From: a virus
Lineage: Duplodnaviria; Caudoviricetes
Length of the DNA stretch: 37,036 nucleotides
IMG/VR virus record: IMGVR_UViG_3300020727_000041
Coordinates: 1 to 37,036 of that record
Strand: one strand, 5' to 3'
The position numbers and the translations under genes are program-made. Shown here piece after piece: positions 36,096 to 37,036 of the stretch. Numbering within the stretch: position 1 is the first letter of the stretch; every line of letters begins with the position of its first letter. A model generated the notes under the pieces. That model ran no database searches. It worked only from the letters and a program-made list of their open reading frames with translations, and was not told where the DNA came from.

Positions 36096-36752
36096 TTATT
36101 TTATTTCTGCTAGTGGGTCGTAAATCTGTGCTAGTTGTCCTCCGACTGCGTAACAATATTCCTTCACACCGCAAGTACCGCAGGACATTCCAATGTTAGG
36201 CAAGAATATCTCTTGCTCTAAGCCTCGTGCAAACTGAGCAAACAATTCTGTCAGTAGTGGGATTGACCAACGGTCAAGCCCAACTGCCTCAATGAACTGT
36301 GCTTTACGTGCCGAGTAGTAATAACCTTTTGATGGGCGGATGCCAAACTGCATCTCCATCATGGATGCATAGACACCCAACTGCAATGAAGAGTCAGGCA
36401 TATAAGAGCCAGTCTTGAAATCCACCACTGCCAATTCCCCAGCGGGGGTGACAACTATAGCATCTGCAAAGGCTTTGATAGGTACTTCACCGAAGTTATT
36501 GTTGAATTCAATTTCAACACCTGGCACATTCTGTGGAGAAACCCATATCTCAAAGTGTGATTCTTGCCAAGCATTGATGAAGTCAAAGAACATCTTCTTG
36601 CCGTTCTCATCCCACCAAGCCTTGTTCTCTTTGTCAGGATTATCCTTGGTGGCTCTTCCACCACGACGCCAGTCAGTTGGATTTGTACCAGACTTGTTTT
36701 CCGCTTCGGCAATCTGTTGAATGAACGACTCATTCCACATCTCATCCCACAT
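36096..36752 (-). CDS. Cas4/RecB-like PD-(D/E)XK exonuclease, N-terminally short
   Basis: Start ATG 36752 (GGAGA RBS); EIEF, FAD, VVDFKTG, QLGVY, CGTC.....C. Confidence 0.85.
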   Translation of the reverse strand: MWDEMWNESFIQQIAEAENKSGTNPTDWRRGGRATKDNPDKENKAWWDENGKKMFFDFINAWQESHFEIWVSPQNVPGVEIEFNNNFGEVPIKAFADAIVVTPAGELAVVDFKTGSYMPDSSLQLGVYASMMEMQFGIRPSKGYYYSARKAQFIEAVGLDRWSIPLLTELFAQFARGLEQEIFLPNIGMSCGTCGVKEYCYAVGGQLAQIYDPLAEIK

Positions 36753-36942
36753 CAGAAGTCTCCACAATTCCAAAGACAATCTCAACTGCCTTCTTCATGC
36801 CAGCAATAGTGGCTGGGTTAGTTTCAGTCTTGATTGCTTCCTCAATCTGCGCTGCAAGATTGCGTCGCATAATAACTTCAGCCTCTACGAATGACTTCAT
36901 AAAAGCATCTCGGCTAATAATCTTTGCGTGTTTGCGTCCCAT
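36742..36942 (-). CDS. hypothetical protein
   Basis: 66 aa, AAGGA RBS, helical. Confidence 0.7.
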   Translation of the reverse strand: MGRKHAKIISRDAFMKSFVEAEVIMRRNLAAQIEEAIKTETNPATIAGMKKAVEIVFGIVETSDVG

Positions 36943-36944
36943 TC

Positions 36945-37036
36945 TTAATCCTTATCTATCGGCGTAACAACTGTGGCAAGGCTATCGCAAAGGACACATC
37001 GGGCGCTAGTCCCGTACATTCCAATTTCAAAGTCAG
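36945..37036 (-). CDS. 3' end of a gene entering the window (…DFEIGMYGTSARCVLCDSLATVVTPIDKD)
   Basis: Open frame to TAA at 36945; CxxC motif. Confidence 0.6.
   Translation of the reverse strand, partial: DFEIGMYGTSARCVLCDSLATVVTPIDKD

Noticed and set aside
36096-36752. CRISPR-Cas system suggested by the Cas4-like gene
   Set aside because: No repeat-spacer array or other cas genes; solo Cas4/RecB nucleases are common in phage replication modules

Overview
A 37-kb stretch of a tailed dsDNA phage genome, probably podovirus-like. The host is probably an actinobacterium, judged from a WhiB protein, an actinobacterial-type SLT transglycosylase and a cluster-A-like split primase; the gene order and moderate GC resemble freshwater actinophages (inference). 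There are three blocks. (1) A minus-strand virion block (24147 to <1): TerL with an N-terminal HTH, portal, small proteins, a 1658-aa and three other probable internal/ejection proteins, scaffold, N4-gp56-type major capsid, a G-X-T collagen-like protein followed by a GT2-TPR glycosyltransferase, adaptor and paralogous tail-fibre proteins. (2) A roughly 850-bp non-coding control region with hairpins, a perfect CRP box and a sigma70-type promoter, leading into a plus-strand operon (25002-29678) of coupled microproteins, WhiB, an SLT enzyme apparently starting at ATT, and a glycosyltransferase resembling the N-terminal domain of animal procollagen galactosyltransferase. (3) A minus-strand replication/recombination block (>37036 to 29805): Cas4/RecB-like nuclease, DnaB-like helicase, resolvase, split primase, Nmad1, endonuclease VII and a sigma factor. 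The most promising leads are a phage collagen-glycosylation system (collagen plus two glycosyltransferases), a 3' RNA element whose hairpin loops are complementary to the phage's own early ribosome-binding sites, a switch-like structured leader before the scaffold gene, and the non-canonical start codon. All family assignments come from motif recognition by eye, not database searches.
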